A stretch of 64,000 nt of DNA from Octopus sinensis (Eukaryota). Positions 26,147-38,499 of this stretch are shown here, piece after piece. The notes under the pieces were generated by a model, which was not told the origin of the DNA, searched no databases, and saw nothing but the letters and a program-made list of their open reading frames with translations. The DNA lies in assembly GCF_006345805.1 (NCBI RefSeq), contig NC_043002.1, positions 27,652,001 to 27,716,000 on the forward strand. The letters run 5' to 3'. The position numbers were made by a program, and so were the translations under genes. Each line of letters opens with the position of its first letter. Positions within the stretch are counted from its first letter, which is position 1.

Positions 26147-29100
26147 TCATAGAATCATAGTCAAGGTGGCTTCGTCATTCATACGTGCCATCCTTGCTAC
26201 ATTCACCCATCTTTTTTTAAAACATTCACTAGACAAAACTTGCCTCTCTACTCTCACTTTCCTCTTCAAGTGATACTTGAAGAAGTTGATGAGAGATTGA
26301 CCAGAGAGGAAAGTGTTTGTCTCTAATCCTTTCAGGCGCGTCCACCAGATACATTCTTTCGCCATAGCCACAAGTATGATAAAAATAGCTCTTCCTTCCC
26401 GTTTGAAAGAAGGAGGCGTGACGATATTAACGATAGACTCGGCTGATAAACCGACACGTCCCACACGTGACAGCAGTCGTTCGACATAAGCCCACAGGTC
26501 GGAAATTGCTGGACACTGCACGATTGCGTGCAGAGCGGTTTCGTCGCTCTGCCCGCATCTAGGGCAGGTCGGCCCCGTGTTTCTCGAGCCATGCCTATAG
26601 AGCTTATCCCGAACGGGTAGCGCTTCTCGGTAGCACCGCCAGGCCAGGGATCTCTGGAAGTTGTCCATAGGTCCCGGGCCGAAAGTCGTTTCAAACAGGC
26701 GGGTCAGGTATTCCTCGTCGACGCCCAGGTTTGCCCCGAGCTCGTCGTCGTACCTCCCCTCCACTAATCCCCTATAGAATGCTTTGGTTGTGTTGAAGTC
26801 ACTCAAGGTCGACCCGGGACGGCAGAGTTGCTTGAGAGCAACGCGACACTCGCGGTGCCATTCGCCCTTCCTCGGCCTCTTTTTGATCCACGACTGTAGT
26901 TCGGTCATGGAGACGAGTTGCGGGAATGCGTGCCTCACAAACGGCGACCACACCTGTTCACCGTCGTCTACATAGAGCCGGAGATGTCGCAGTCTCAGCG
27001 CGTGTCTGCGCATCATCAACCACGGCATGCCCAGCCCTCCTTTTAACGGGTGTTGACAGCAAATGGATCGCCTGACCATCGGGACGCATCCTTTCCACAA
27101 GAAGCGGAAGAGGATGCGTTCAAGTTTGGTGATGGTAGGGTCGGGACAAGGTACGACGGTCAGGCGGTAGTAGATGATGGACGCGATGTACGCGTTCACC
27201 ACCTCCGCCCGACCTTTTAGGGACAGTTTCCTCTCGGCCCATTGCTGGGCGAGAGTGACCACCCTACTCGTTATCTCGTTCCAGTTCTTCTCCATTTGGA
27301 GGTCCGGACCGAACCAGACCCCGAGCAACTCAACCGGGCCGTCTGTCCAGCGTCCCACGACAGAGGTACTGGTGGACGGCATGGGCTTGCTTCTCCAGGT
27401 GCCGAGCCGCAAGCCCACTGACTTTTCCCGGTTGATTTTTGCTCCTGTCACCGCTTCGTAGTCTTTCAGTGTCTCGCCGACCCGCTCGATGTGCTCGTGG
27501 CTTGACACTATGACGGTGACGTCGTCCGCGTATGCAGACACGCTCGTCCCGCATCCCATTTCTCGCGGGATGCCCCTTAGAGTCGCCAGCTTCCGCAGTA
27601 GTGGCTCAAGAGTCAATACGTATAGAAGCGCCGAGAGGGGGCATCCCTGACGGACCGAACGTGCAATGTCGAAAGGTCTCGATAGATGTCCATTTACGCG
27701 AATTACCGAACGGATGCCTCTGTACAAGGCAGCTATCCAGCCGCGGAAGACGGGACCGAAACCAGCCGCTCTCAGGACTGCCTCCAAGTATCGATGGTCT
27801 ACCCTATCAAAGGCTTTCGATTGATCCAAGTTGATCAGGGCCCCACCCATGCCAGGTTCGTTAACTACTCTGTCTATGATGTAGCGCATCAGATGGAGGT
27901 TGTCATGGATGCTCCGGCCCGGCACGGCGCACGTTTGTGCGTTGTCGACCAGTTTCTCGATGACAAGCGCCAACCTCTTGGCTAACACCTTTGTCAAAAT
28001 TTTCAGGTCTGCATTGAGCAGCGTGATTGGTCTAAAGTTATCTATAATGTTTCCTTGTTTGGATCTTTCTTCAGCAGAGTTACAGCTCCTCGACTCACAA
28101 AACCGGGTATGCTCCCGTTTTGCTGCCAGTTGCAGTATACCGCTGCCAAGACGTCTCCAAACAAGTCTGGCATACAATTGTAAAACTCGTAGGGTAGACC
28201 ATCCAAACCCGGTGATTTGTCCCTCGAGCATTCTGCTATCGCTTCCTGCACTTCCACCGCCGTGATGGCACCTTCGCAGCACCCTGCCTTTCTTGTCGAG
28301 AGTCGTAGCAGGCTATGTAGGTAGGCACTGAAGTCCACCCTACGTTCTTGCCCTCCACTCGTCCCGAACAGTCGGGCAAAATGCTGCTGAAAGGCCTCAC
28401 ACATTTTACTTGGCTCGAGCAATTCGCGCCCCTGTTCATCTACCAGTGACCGAATGGTGGCTTTGTTGCCCTGTTGCGCCTCTGCCACCCGGGCCTCTCT
28501 CGCGGCTCCAACACCTTCGTTCCTTAGAGCACGCATCCTAGCTCTGACAGCACATCCTTCGTGTTTGGCGTTGAAGTGTTGGTCGAGGGCCAACCTCGCC
28601 GCCAAGACGTCGGATGCGATGCCGCTTCTAATTGCCTCTTCTAGCTTCTTAACTAGCTCACCCTCTACTCTATTTCTATCTATGGCTAGTGCTTTGCTGT
28701 ACCTAATCGCTTCTACTTTTACTGCTCTCTTGAGGGCAAACCACCATTTGTTGTTGATGATGGCTCCCGTCAAAGCCCTCTTTACTAGTGTGCTAATCCG
28801 GTCTCTGAAAACTTGTCTGGACGGGAATGAGGCGTTCAGTTTCCAGTACCCAGGACCCTGTCTATGTGCCTTATCTACGTCTAGCGTACACGTCACCAAT
28901 TTGTGATCCGTGTAGCTGACTGTGTGGAATTGTGGACATCCTAAGTTATCCTTGTCTACTGTCCTACACAGTATCCTATCTAGATACGATCTCGACGACC
29001 CACTGCGGTTGCTCCATGTCCACGTTGGTGCATTTGGGTGGTCGAGTCGGTACCTGTCAGACAGTTGGAATCGTCTGAGCAGGTCTCTGAGGCATTTGCA

Positions 29101-29583
29101 TCCCCTTCTGTCTCTGTCTCTACCCACGTAGTCTACATGCGTGTCCAAGGTAGCATTCCAACCCCCCACTAAGAGTAAAGGACGAGACGTTCCCAAGAAT
29201 ACTTCTAGACGTCGAAAGAAATCCGCCCGACCTGTTAAGGGCGGTGCGTAGACTGATACGAGTCGAAAAGCGCACCCATTGCTGCCGTCAACATCCAGAA
29301 CGATCAGTCTACCCTCCGGGTCTACGAATATCGTCTTGACTTCGAGATCCAGGCTCTTGTGAAAAAGTACCGCGGTGCCACTACCGCCCATCCTCGGCAG
29401 ACAGGGAGCGAAATAAATGTTAAACTGTCCGCCAAACATGGACTTTAGGGCCCGTGGCTCGTGGAGTCTGGTCTCACTTATGGCTATGATTCCCAGATCA
29501 TGTGACTTGATGTCATTTAGGAGGTGTCCTTGTTTCCAAGGAGACCCCAAGCCACGCGCATTCACACAACCATTCTTGACCAT
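26147..29583 (-). pseudogene. Tx1 ORF2 (APE endonuclease + reverse transcriptase), one -1 frameshift near 28053
   Basis: NARGL, ISETRL, SYLDRIL, YTDHKLV (APE); FRPITLLNADLKIL, LDQSKAFDRVDH, SVRQGCPLS, AYADDV (RT); CPRCGQSDETALHAIVQC; one extra G joins KKDPNK to GNIIDNFRP. Confidence 0.92.
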
Positions 29584-29731
29584 GATTCTATTGGGGTGTG
29601 TGCTTTAAAACACACAAATGAAAGTACAGAGAGTTACTTACTTGTGTCGAAAGTTTTGGCTTCCTCGTTCTTTGATGTGTCATCGAGTAGGTGTTTATAT
29701 AGTTTTTGGGACAGATATTTCTGGAAACCCC

Positions 29732-31712
29732 CTACAGCATTTGGGAAGAGGGCTTTGAGTTTGTGGTGTTGTGTTTGTGTGATGTGTAGTATTTTGATGT
29801 GTTTGGGTGGTGTAGTGCGTGGATGATTGTGTATCCTGTGATGTACTCCATTAGTTTGGAGTCTTTGGTGTCTATCGCTGATAGCATTGTTTTTGTGGTG
29901 TTGGTGCTTGTTTTGTTGTGTATGGAGTTTTCAGGGTTCAGGTATCTCCCTGCTTTGGTTGCGATTTCTTGTTTGGTTTTTCTTGATCTTTTTCTTTTAC
30001 CCCCTGTGGCTATTTGCCATTCTGTCGAACTTTCATCGTTAGATGAAAAGTCTGACGAATCAGCAGGGGGCAAGGGTAAAGCGTCTGGGTGTGTTTGTGC
30101 GGTTGTAGATATTGTTGTGGTGCGCGGGGAGGGTGTTGCTGGGGGGTTTGTTGTGGTTATTGTCTCTCCTACATCCTTGGTGCTTGTCTTCTTCGTTGTT
30201 ATTCTGGTGTTGGAATTGGTTTATTTGTTGTTGGTGGTGATGATTCTGTTCTTGGCGCTGGTGTTGGTGTTGTTTGGTTGGGTTGGCTTGTTCTTTGTTG
30301 TTTTTCCTGCATTTCCGCATACAGCTTCTTGACTAGCTGTCCATATTGTGGTGTGGGCAATAATCCTGGATTTTGTGATTTTTCCTGTGGCTGTTGTTGT
30401 TGTTGTAATTTTGCGGCAGATTTGCACTCCTTTTTGAGGTGTGCCTCACTGCCACATATATAGCATCGTGGCCTTCTGCCCTCGACTACTACGTATAACT
30501 TGCGGCGATCCTCAAGATGTACGTGGGTGGGGATTTTATTTATGTCCTCTTGACTTATGTGGAAGAGGAACTCTATTCTCTTTCCCAGCCAGTCCTTGTT
30601 TTCCGAAACACCGATATCTAGGATGTTTAAGTCCTCCATTTCGGATGTTAAGGCGGATGTTATCCACAGTGTTGTAGTCACTTGGGGGACACCACTGATA
30701 ATGACTTTCGTCACCTTCTGGCCGAGGTAACTCGGTGTCAACGTTAGTTCATCAGAATGAAGGGTTATCGTTGAGAATTTCTTCGCCAACTCTTCATTCT
30801 GAAAAACCACCTGTACGTGTGCGAACTTGTTCGCCCAAGTCACACAATCCTTGTATCCCCAGATGGGGCGTAAGCACTTTTCGACTTTGTTGTGCTTGCC
30901 TTTTCTGGACTTTTAGTTTTTTTATTTGTGATTTTATATACAATTGTCTTTTTTTTCTCCTCATTCAGTATGTGTTGAGGTATGTGTAAGAGTATTTTTC
31001 CGTTTTCATTTGTAATAAGGTTTCTGCAATCTTTAATCTGTTGTGTAGTAAACGAAACTTTTGTTACCTTTTCTTTTATCGCCTCGGCGAAGTTTGTTGT
31101 TGTTTTGTTATTGTTGTTACTGCCGGTGGTGTTGGTGTTGATGGCAGGGGTGTGGGTTGTAGGTTTGTGGTTGCTGATTATGCAACTAGCAAGGGGTGGA
31201 AAATTGCCTGCGTAATTTAGTCCTGCATTAGCGCAAATTTCGGCATTTCGTTTGCTTGTCGTCGTTATTTTTTCACTTGTTGGTGATGGAGTGAGCAGTG
31301 GTTGAAGGGAATTGTTGTTGTCGTCGTCGTCGTTGTTGTTGTTGTTGTTGTTATTGTCGTTCTTGGTGACGGCGGTGGTGTTAGTGGTATTAGTAGCATT
31401 GACGGCACGGTCTTTGGTGGCGGTGATGGTGATGTTGGTATTGTTATTGGTGGCGATGTCTTTAGTAGGGATAGCAGTTTTAGTAGCAGATTCTGCCATG
31501 GTGTTGTTGTCGGTGTTGGTGGTGGTGGACTCACTGATGGTGTTGACGGTGCTTGGCCTTGCGACCTTTGTTTTGTATTTGTTGCTGTTGTCGATGTTGA
31601 TGGTGGTGGAGGTGGTGTTGTCAGGTTCAGCGTATGCTAACAGAGCATCCTGTTTTTCTGTCTCTGCGTCACGCTTGACTTGCACCTCAGCCTCCTGGTG
31701 ACCAGTGGCCAT
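29732..31712 (-). pseudogene. Tx1 ORF1 (gag-like, CCHC zinc knuckle), two -1 frameshifts near 30885 and 30200
   Basis: Starts MATGHQ at 31712; T/N-rich N-terminus; RRM-like core; CYICGSEAHLKKEC; three overlapping frames join into one ORF of roughly 660 aa. Confidence 0.8.
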
Positions 31713-31933
31713 TTTGGAAATAAAATGGCTAAATGAAACCACGAAGGCTATGAGAATTTTTTCTTTTAAATTTTGCCCACAAGGGGCAAAATTTTGTGTA
31801 GATATTTATCAAAGGTTTGCAGTGGATGTTGTTGCACAACTTTTAAACACAAAATATTTGTCAATATACACTTTTGAACGTACAAAAATACCAACTTACG
31901 TGGAGCCCATTTGACTTGCGTCTGTCTGTCCAG

Positions 31934-31934
<1 letters not shown>

Positions 31935-32000
<66 letters not shown>

Positions 32001-32001
32001 C

Positions 32002-32075
<74 letters not shown>
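31935..32075. repeat. (GATA)n tract between the two Tx1 copies
   Basis: Direct reading. Confidence 0.98.
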
Positions 32076-33439
32076 CTATGTTTCTTTATTAGCCACACAG
32101 GGCTGAACACAGACGGGACAAATTACAAGGTAGAGCTTTTCTTTTGGGGGAGAAACAAAAGGGTGGTAGGTTTTCGATCAAATCGTAAAAAGGAAAGAAA
32201 AAACGATCAATAGGGATCGTGTAAAAAAAGGGGGGAAAAGGGGGTAGATTTTCGATCAAAAGGGATAGTAGAAAAGAAAAAAGAAAAGAAAAAAGGAAAA
32301 AGAAAAAAGAAAAGAAAAACGATCAATAGGGTTCGTGTATCACAGAAATGTCATGATGTGAAGTGTAAAGGGGGAAGCAGATAAGGTTTATCCATGGAAA
32401 GAAAAGCCTTTGGAAAAGACCACGGTCACATGTTAACACGGTAACCTCGGACATATTAATGTCACATGTTAGCACATTTATTGGCAAGTAAGTAACACTC
32501 GGTTTTACATTTTTCCGGGTTCATAGGATTATACTCAAGGTGGCTTCGTCATTCATACGTGCCATCCTTGCTACATTCACCCATCTTTTTTTTAAACATT
32601 CGCTAGACAAAACTTGCCTCTCTACTCTCACTTTCATTTTCAAGTGATACTTTAAGAAGTTGATGAGAGATTGACCAGAGAGGAAAGTGTTTGTCTCTAA
32701 TCCTTTCAAACGCGTCCACCAGATACATTCTTTCGCCATAGCCACAAGTATGATGAAAATAGCTCTTCCTTCCCGTTTGAAGGAAGGAGGCGTGACGATA
32801 TCGACGATAGACTCGGCTGATAAACCGACTCGTCCCACACGTGACATCAGTCGTTCGACATAAGCCCACAAGTCGGAAATTGTTGGACACTGCACGAGTG
32901 CATGCAGAACGGTTTCGTTGCTCTTACCTAATCTCGAGCAGGTCGGCTCCGTGTTTCTCGAGCAGTGTCTGTACAGCTTATCCCGAACGGGTGGCGCTTC
33001 TCGATAGCACTGCCAGGCCAGGGATCTCTGGAAGTTGTCCATAGGTCCCGGCCCGAAATCGTCTTAAAGAGGCGGGTCAGGTATTCCTCGTCGACGCCCA
33101 GGTTCGCCCTGAGATCCTTGTACCTCCCCTCCACTAAACTCTTATAGAATGCTTTGGTTGTGTTGGAGTCGCTAAAGGTCGACCCGGACGGCATAGTTGT
33201 TTGAGAGCAACGCGACACTCGCGGTGCCATTCGCGCTTCCTCGGCCTCTTTTTGACCCACGACTGCAGTTCGGACATGGAGACGAGCTGCGGGAAAGCGT
33301 GCCTCACAAACGGCGACCACACGTCTACATAGAGCCGGAGATGTCGCAGTCTCAGCGCGTGTCTGCGCATCATCAACCACGGCATGCCCAGCCCTCCTTT
33401 TAACGGGTGTTGACAGCAAAAGGATCGCCTGAGCATCGG
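32076..33439 (-). mobile_element. 5'-truncated Tx1 copy of the same family
   Basis: ORF 32521-33042 closely matches the ORF2 C-terminus; same AATAAAGAAAC 3' end; 12 bp in-frame deletion (LYVD[DGEQ]VWSPF); followed by GA/GACA/GATA tract to 33592. Confidence 0.95.
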
Positions 33440-33523
33440 AGACAGAAAAAAGAAAGAAAGACAGACAGATAGATAGACAGACAGATAGATAGAGAGAGAG
33501 AGAGAGAGATTGATAGACAGATG

Positions 33524-33593
<70 letters not shown>

Positions 33594-34489
33594 AGCGCGC
33601 ACACATTCACGCACATGAATATGCAATAAGCACGTGCTTCTGAGTAATCATATTTTATGCTATAATTAACAATCAACAATTAATCAAATCTCAAATTACA
33701 ACTGACAATATTAAAATAAAGACATGTTATAACCAGGAAAGAAATGAATGCGGATCTTTTCTGTTTAGTTGCCAGCGGTTTCAACAATTAAAGTTTACCG
33801 AAAATTTTAAAATTTGGCACGATAATACACTTATCCAAACTGAATTGCTGGATTTATTTAATTTTTTCCAGAAATATGTTTTTAAAAAGTTATAGAGGTT
33901 GAAAGTTTGATCATTTTCACACAGTCAGGAAACAGGATATGGAAGCTGTCATTTTGTGCATGACTGCACATTTTGTCGTCAGCCTCCTGAAAATAGCACG
34001 TGTTTCAAAAATTTGTCACGTGTTATGTTTCCGGTATTTTTCTTTCATGTAAATAAGTCTTATTTAGCTGTTATTTTTAGCACATCTCGCAACCACCAGT
34101 GTCTAATGCAAATGCAATAAGCAACACGTTACATGCGATAAACACATTACGGTTTTTAACAGACAGATTTAGAAGAATTAGATGAAAGTTGTCCGGTAAT
34201 TTTCTCTCATGTAAATAAATGTTTCTGCTAATTTAAACGAGAAAAACAGTTTTAAATCTCTGAGCGAGATGTTGGCAAATAAACTTTAATTTAAAAGATT
34301 TATCCAAAAACTCTTACTTAGCTGTTATTTTTACCACACCTGACAACCACCTCAATGCTCAAGGACAAAGAGAAACAAACAGTAAACAAACAATTTAAAT
34401 ATGCTTAAAAAACAAACATTTAACTTTCGGTTTAATCGTTAAAATATCCTCCTCTGTTTTCAATGTTTCCAGAATAGAAGCGAACTTAC

Positions 34490-34505
34490 CGGAGCTTGCT
34501 GCCAT
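34490..34505 (-). CDS. Candidate first coding exon (MAASS+G) of an unidentified gene
   Basis: ATGGCAGCAAGCTCCG followed by a perfect donor GTAAGT, 85 bp from the X-box. Confidence 0.3.
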
Positions 34506-34589
34506 AATCACACAGAACACAGCGTCAAATTTGTCAACACGTGCTTCCTCGCAGATAAAAGACATTTCAAAGTCTGCTCAGATTCGCTT

Positions 34590-34603
34590 GTTACTATGGC
34601 AAC
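34590..34603. promoter_or_regulatory. RFX X-box-like element
   Basis: GTTACTATGGCAAC fits the GTTNCC-AT-GGNAAC consensus with one mismatch; lies in unique sequence between divergent ATG+donor motifs. Confidence 0.5.
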
Positions 34604-34664
34604 AGGTACGTTGAGAGACAAAAGAGCTCTCATGTTCCGCTTCTTTCTATCGAAACAGCTATGA

Positions 34665-35015
34665 ATGGATCTGTGACTTAGCTTGCTAACCAGCCACATG
34701 GTTCCGGGTTCAGTCCCACAGCGTGGCACTTTCGGCAAGTGTCTTCTACTACAGCCTCTGGATTTGGTAGACGGAAACTGAAAGAAGCCCGTCGTATATA
34801 TGTATATATATATATATATATGTGTGTGTGTATGTGTGTTTGTAATGTCTGTGTTCGTCCCTCCAACATCGCTTGACAACCGATGCTGGTTCAGCAAAAG
34901 AGACCGATAGAATAAATACTATGCTTACAAAGAATAAGTCCTGGGGTCGATTTGCTCGACTAAAGGCGGTGCTTCAGCATGGCCACCGTCAAATGACTGA
35001 AACAAGTAAAAGAGT
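34665..35015 (+). mobile_element. SINE family A
   Basis: Family A head, internal microsatellite and (TAAAAGAG) tail. Confidence 0.85.
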
Positions 35016-35689
35016 AAAAGAGATTAAAGAGAGACACAATCACATACGCGCGCACAATCACAATTTCACGCACATGAATTTGAGAGTGATTTTTGTATAT
35101 GTGAGTCTCTTGGTATTTGCGTGCCTGCGGGAATCTAAGACAGCGTGTGCGTGTATGTGTGTATGTGTGTGTGTGAGTGTGTGTGTGTATGTGTATCGTT
35201 TGTCTGTCAGTGTATGCGCGAGTGTATGTGTGTATGTGTGTATGCGAGCGAGCGCGTATGTGAAGATGCACGAATGTTCGACTGAATAAGAGAACAGTAA
35301 GAGATTACTCATGATAAAAGAAAAAAATTCTCTGTGCATCTCCATTAGGGAAAGAAGTAGATATTGTTGTTGTTATTGTTGTTTAGCCCCAGACCGGGCG
35401 TGATTGAGCAGATCTATGAGCATTTCGGCCGTGGTCATCAATACATAGTTCTTTTCTGTTTGTCTGCAAGCGGCTGCTAGTGTGAATTTTCTGTTCGAAT
35501 TGATTTCATATTCAGTGTAATGATACACTTTTATAGGCATAGTGACTCCGTGAAAGTAATTTTCGCTATAAATCAATAAATAAAAAGTTATTAGTACTAT
35601 TTTACTTGTTTCAGTCATTTAACTGCGGCCATACTGGAGCATCGCCTTTAGTCGAGCAAAATTTTGCAATATTATTTTATTCACATTTA

Positions 35690-36505
35690 ATTTTATATGT
35701 TTATACTTTTACCGCCTTCAAAATATTTTCCATTTGAAGTAATGCATCGGTCCAGACGCGTTTTCTAGTATTCGAAACAGTTTTGAAACTCTTGTGAACT
35801 GATGGCTTTTAACTTTTTTCTTCACCCCTTCCACATCTGCAAAACGTTTCCCTTTAAGAACGTTTTCATTCAGAGTAACAAAACAAGTCACAGGGAGCAA
35901 GTTCGGGGAAACAGTGGGGAAAGAGGATCGTGCCATTTTTGGTCTAAAATTGTCTCACACTCAAGGTCGTGTGCGCAGGCGTATTGTCATGATGAAACCA
36001 CTATTTTCCACAGGTCGGGCGTTTTCGTCTCACCGCATTTCGCAAACGCTTAAGAACTGCCAAATGGAACGTCAAATGAAATGCCTGGTTTACAGTTTTG
36101 ACCAAGAGGGACAAATTCTGTGTGGACACTTCATTTCGCATCCATGAAACCAATCATCATCGTCTTGACAATGGACTTCACTTGACGCGCTTTTGGTGGT
36201 GGGGGGGTCGTGGTGACATTAAATGCTTCCATTGATTTGATTGCTGCTTCGTTTCCAGGTCGTTGCCGCACCACCAGCTTTCGTCACCAGTGACAGCTTC
36301 GAAATATAGGTCTGGATCAACTTCCAACTGTACTTTCAGTTTACGACACGCATGCAGTCGTGACTGCCTTTGATCTTCCGTGAGCAAGGTAAGCACAAAT
36401 TTTGTTGCAATTTTTCTCATTCGCAATTCCTCATCAAAATTCGTTAGCAAGAACTCCAGCATACACCAGTCATATCAATAAGTTTATCAATCGCTCAGTG
36501 ACGGT
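35690..36505 (-). pseudogene. mariner transposase remnant (irritans-like)
   Basis: MRKIATKFVLTLLTEDQ, VTGDESWW, ETKQQSNQW, LKGKRFADVE; many stops and frameshifts. Confidence 0.85.
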
Positions 36506-37065
36506 CCTCCAAATAAAAGTTTAAAAAAGCAGATATACTAATATATTGAATTCTGTTTCTCTGGCTTGCTCTACCAACCGTATATATTTGTGTATATCCT
36601 GCACTGCAACGTAAAAATGAGCTTCATACATTTTGTAGATATTCTTCGAAATTTTCCATATAGGCATCAATATAAGCTTTGTCAATTATTATAGATGTTT
36701 TGATTCATTAATATAATATGACTTGATATTCGATATCTTTGATATTTGATTCTTTCATCTTTTCACGCGCTTTCCCGTAATTCTTTATTTTCAAACGCCG
36801 AATTTCATTCTATATGTTATTTTTTTATATATAACATCATATCTTGCGTTTCATCTGCTTTTTTTTTCTTTCCACCACTTTTATTTTTCAAGCTATATAT
36901 TGCGCATACATTATTCATTATTGTATGCATTCTTTATTTAAAATTTGTATTTAAATTTTTAATACACTTTCCCATCAATTGGGTAATTTCGCTTTTCATT
37001 TCATCACATCATAAACGCTACATCAATTATATAAAATCCGTTCTTTCGGTATTCGTGTCTTCTAG

Positions 37066-37169
37066 GATCTCGGGCATCCTCCATCCGACTGCGCTCGAAT
37101 TTGATATGCAGATACCAATGGTATCAGGGCGTGTATAAGTCTCGAAAAAATTACAAAAATCGATTCCAG
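37066..37169 (+). CDS. Candidate internal exon of an unidentified gene
   Basis: Acceptor TTCGTGTCTTCTAG and donor CAG|GTGAGA; only one open frame (phase 1 to 0), SRASSIRLRSNLICRYQWYQGVYKSRKNYKNRFQ; phase-compatible with ATGGCAACAG|GTACGT at 34596-34605. Confidence 0.35.
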
Positions 37170-37389
37170 GTGAGAATGCGAGCGATAAAGTGAATAAAAT
37201 CGTTTTTCTTTGGAATAGAAGAAAAAAATCTATCTTTATTTCTTCTTTTGCTGGTGTCTCAAATTTAGGTTAAAGCAGTGTTTCTCAAAGTAGAGGCCTA
37301 TGTGACGGTCGGACAAGTTGTTTTGAGAAAATTTGGTTTAAATGTTTGACAACTCAGCACCGTCCATTGGACGAGGGGCGTTTTGCGCG

Positions 37390-37432
<43 letters not shown>

Positions 37433-37440
37433 ATATATAT

Positions 37441-37494
<54 letters not shown>

Positions 37495-37919
37495 GTATGT
37501 ATGTATATGTATATATATATATATGTATGTATGTATATGTATATATATATATATATATGCATGTATGTATGTATATATATATATATCTTTATTTATATAC
37601 CTGAGGTTTTCTTATTTGCCCATCGCTACAAGACTTGGAGGTGTGTCTGGCTTGAATAATATGATATCTTGACTTGTGCATGACACAGATCTAAGTGAGG
37701 AAGGGTTGTGCAGCGTCATCCTCCTCACTCTTTCACCCTTTCTTTTTTCATCGCTGTGGCAGGACTAACTCAAGACAACTAGAGATAAGTCGGGATGCGG
37801 TGGGTATCCATAGTGTACTTGTATCTCACAATGCCTTGTTTGCGCTCCACAATGCTCGCTGATCCATTTTCCTGCCCGTAGAATCAATCTAGCCCGACCC
37901 ATTCAGTCTTCGCACGCAT

Positions 37920-38372
37920 AGGTGCACTCTGCTGACGAGAGCGCAGGTCAGATGGACAGGCCACCTTGTTCTAATGCCTGACACAAAACTACCCAAAGGA
38001 CTGTAGGCAGACTAACAGAATGTGAGCAGAAAAAAACGCTCCAAATGTACACTGAAGGCCTAACTGAAATGCTTTCAGAAGAATCCCGACACCTGGGAAA
38101 TGCAAGCACAGTACCGCCCTGCCTGGCGTAGCTGCCTTAACAGAGGTGCCACCTCAGACAGACAGAATAGGACCGCAGTACCACAGAAAAAACGGGAGCT
38201 GCACAAGTCCAGAGCGAACCACTTGCCTTCAATCCCAGAAGACCACCAGTACCCGACTCAGGGCAGAAACTTCCATGAACGCATCTGCCCGATCAGTCAC
38301 AACCTGATGTATCATGACCCTTTTTCTTCTCTCGTGTGATGTCCTGGTCATCGTCGACAACGACGAACATGT
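37920..38372 (+). mobile_element. RTE (BovB-like) LINE 3' fragment
   Basis: AQVRWTGHLVLMPDTKLPK and NPDTWEMQAQYRPAWRSCLNRGA, typical RTE C-terminus; ends GTCATCGTCGACAACGACGAAC. Confidence 0.8.
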
Positions 38373-38434
38373 ATTATTATAATTTCTACACACACGCACA
38401 CAAACACATACACACACATACATACACACACACA

Positions 38435-38499
<65 letters not shown>

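Larger units (their letters stand above)
25781..31932 (-). mobile_element. Near full-length Tx1-clade (L1-like) non-LTR retrotransposon
   Basis: 5'UTR, gag-like ORF1, APE-RT ORF2 with C-terminal knuckle, 3'UTR ending AATAAAGAAAC then (TATC)n; (TATC)n also at the 5' end. Confidence 0.95.

Noticed and set aside
30880-30930. Programmed -1 frameshift at AAAAAAC in Tx1 ORF1
   Set aside because: The heptamer is out of phase with the upstream frame and the -1 frame hits TAA immediately; a simple 1 bp loss just downstream explains it
26784-31914. Plus-strand ORFs overlapping the Tx1 element (e.g. 28454-28906, 29799-30332, 31312-31701)
   Set aside because: Antisense shadows of GC-rich or low-complexity coding sequence with no recognisable motifs
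31880-31932. GGGCTCCACGT in the Tx1 5'UTR as a possible HDV-like ribozyme loop
   Set aside because: Could not build the P1/P2/P3 nested pseudoknot by eye
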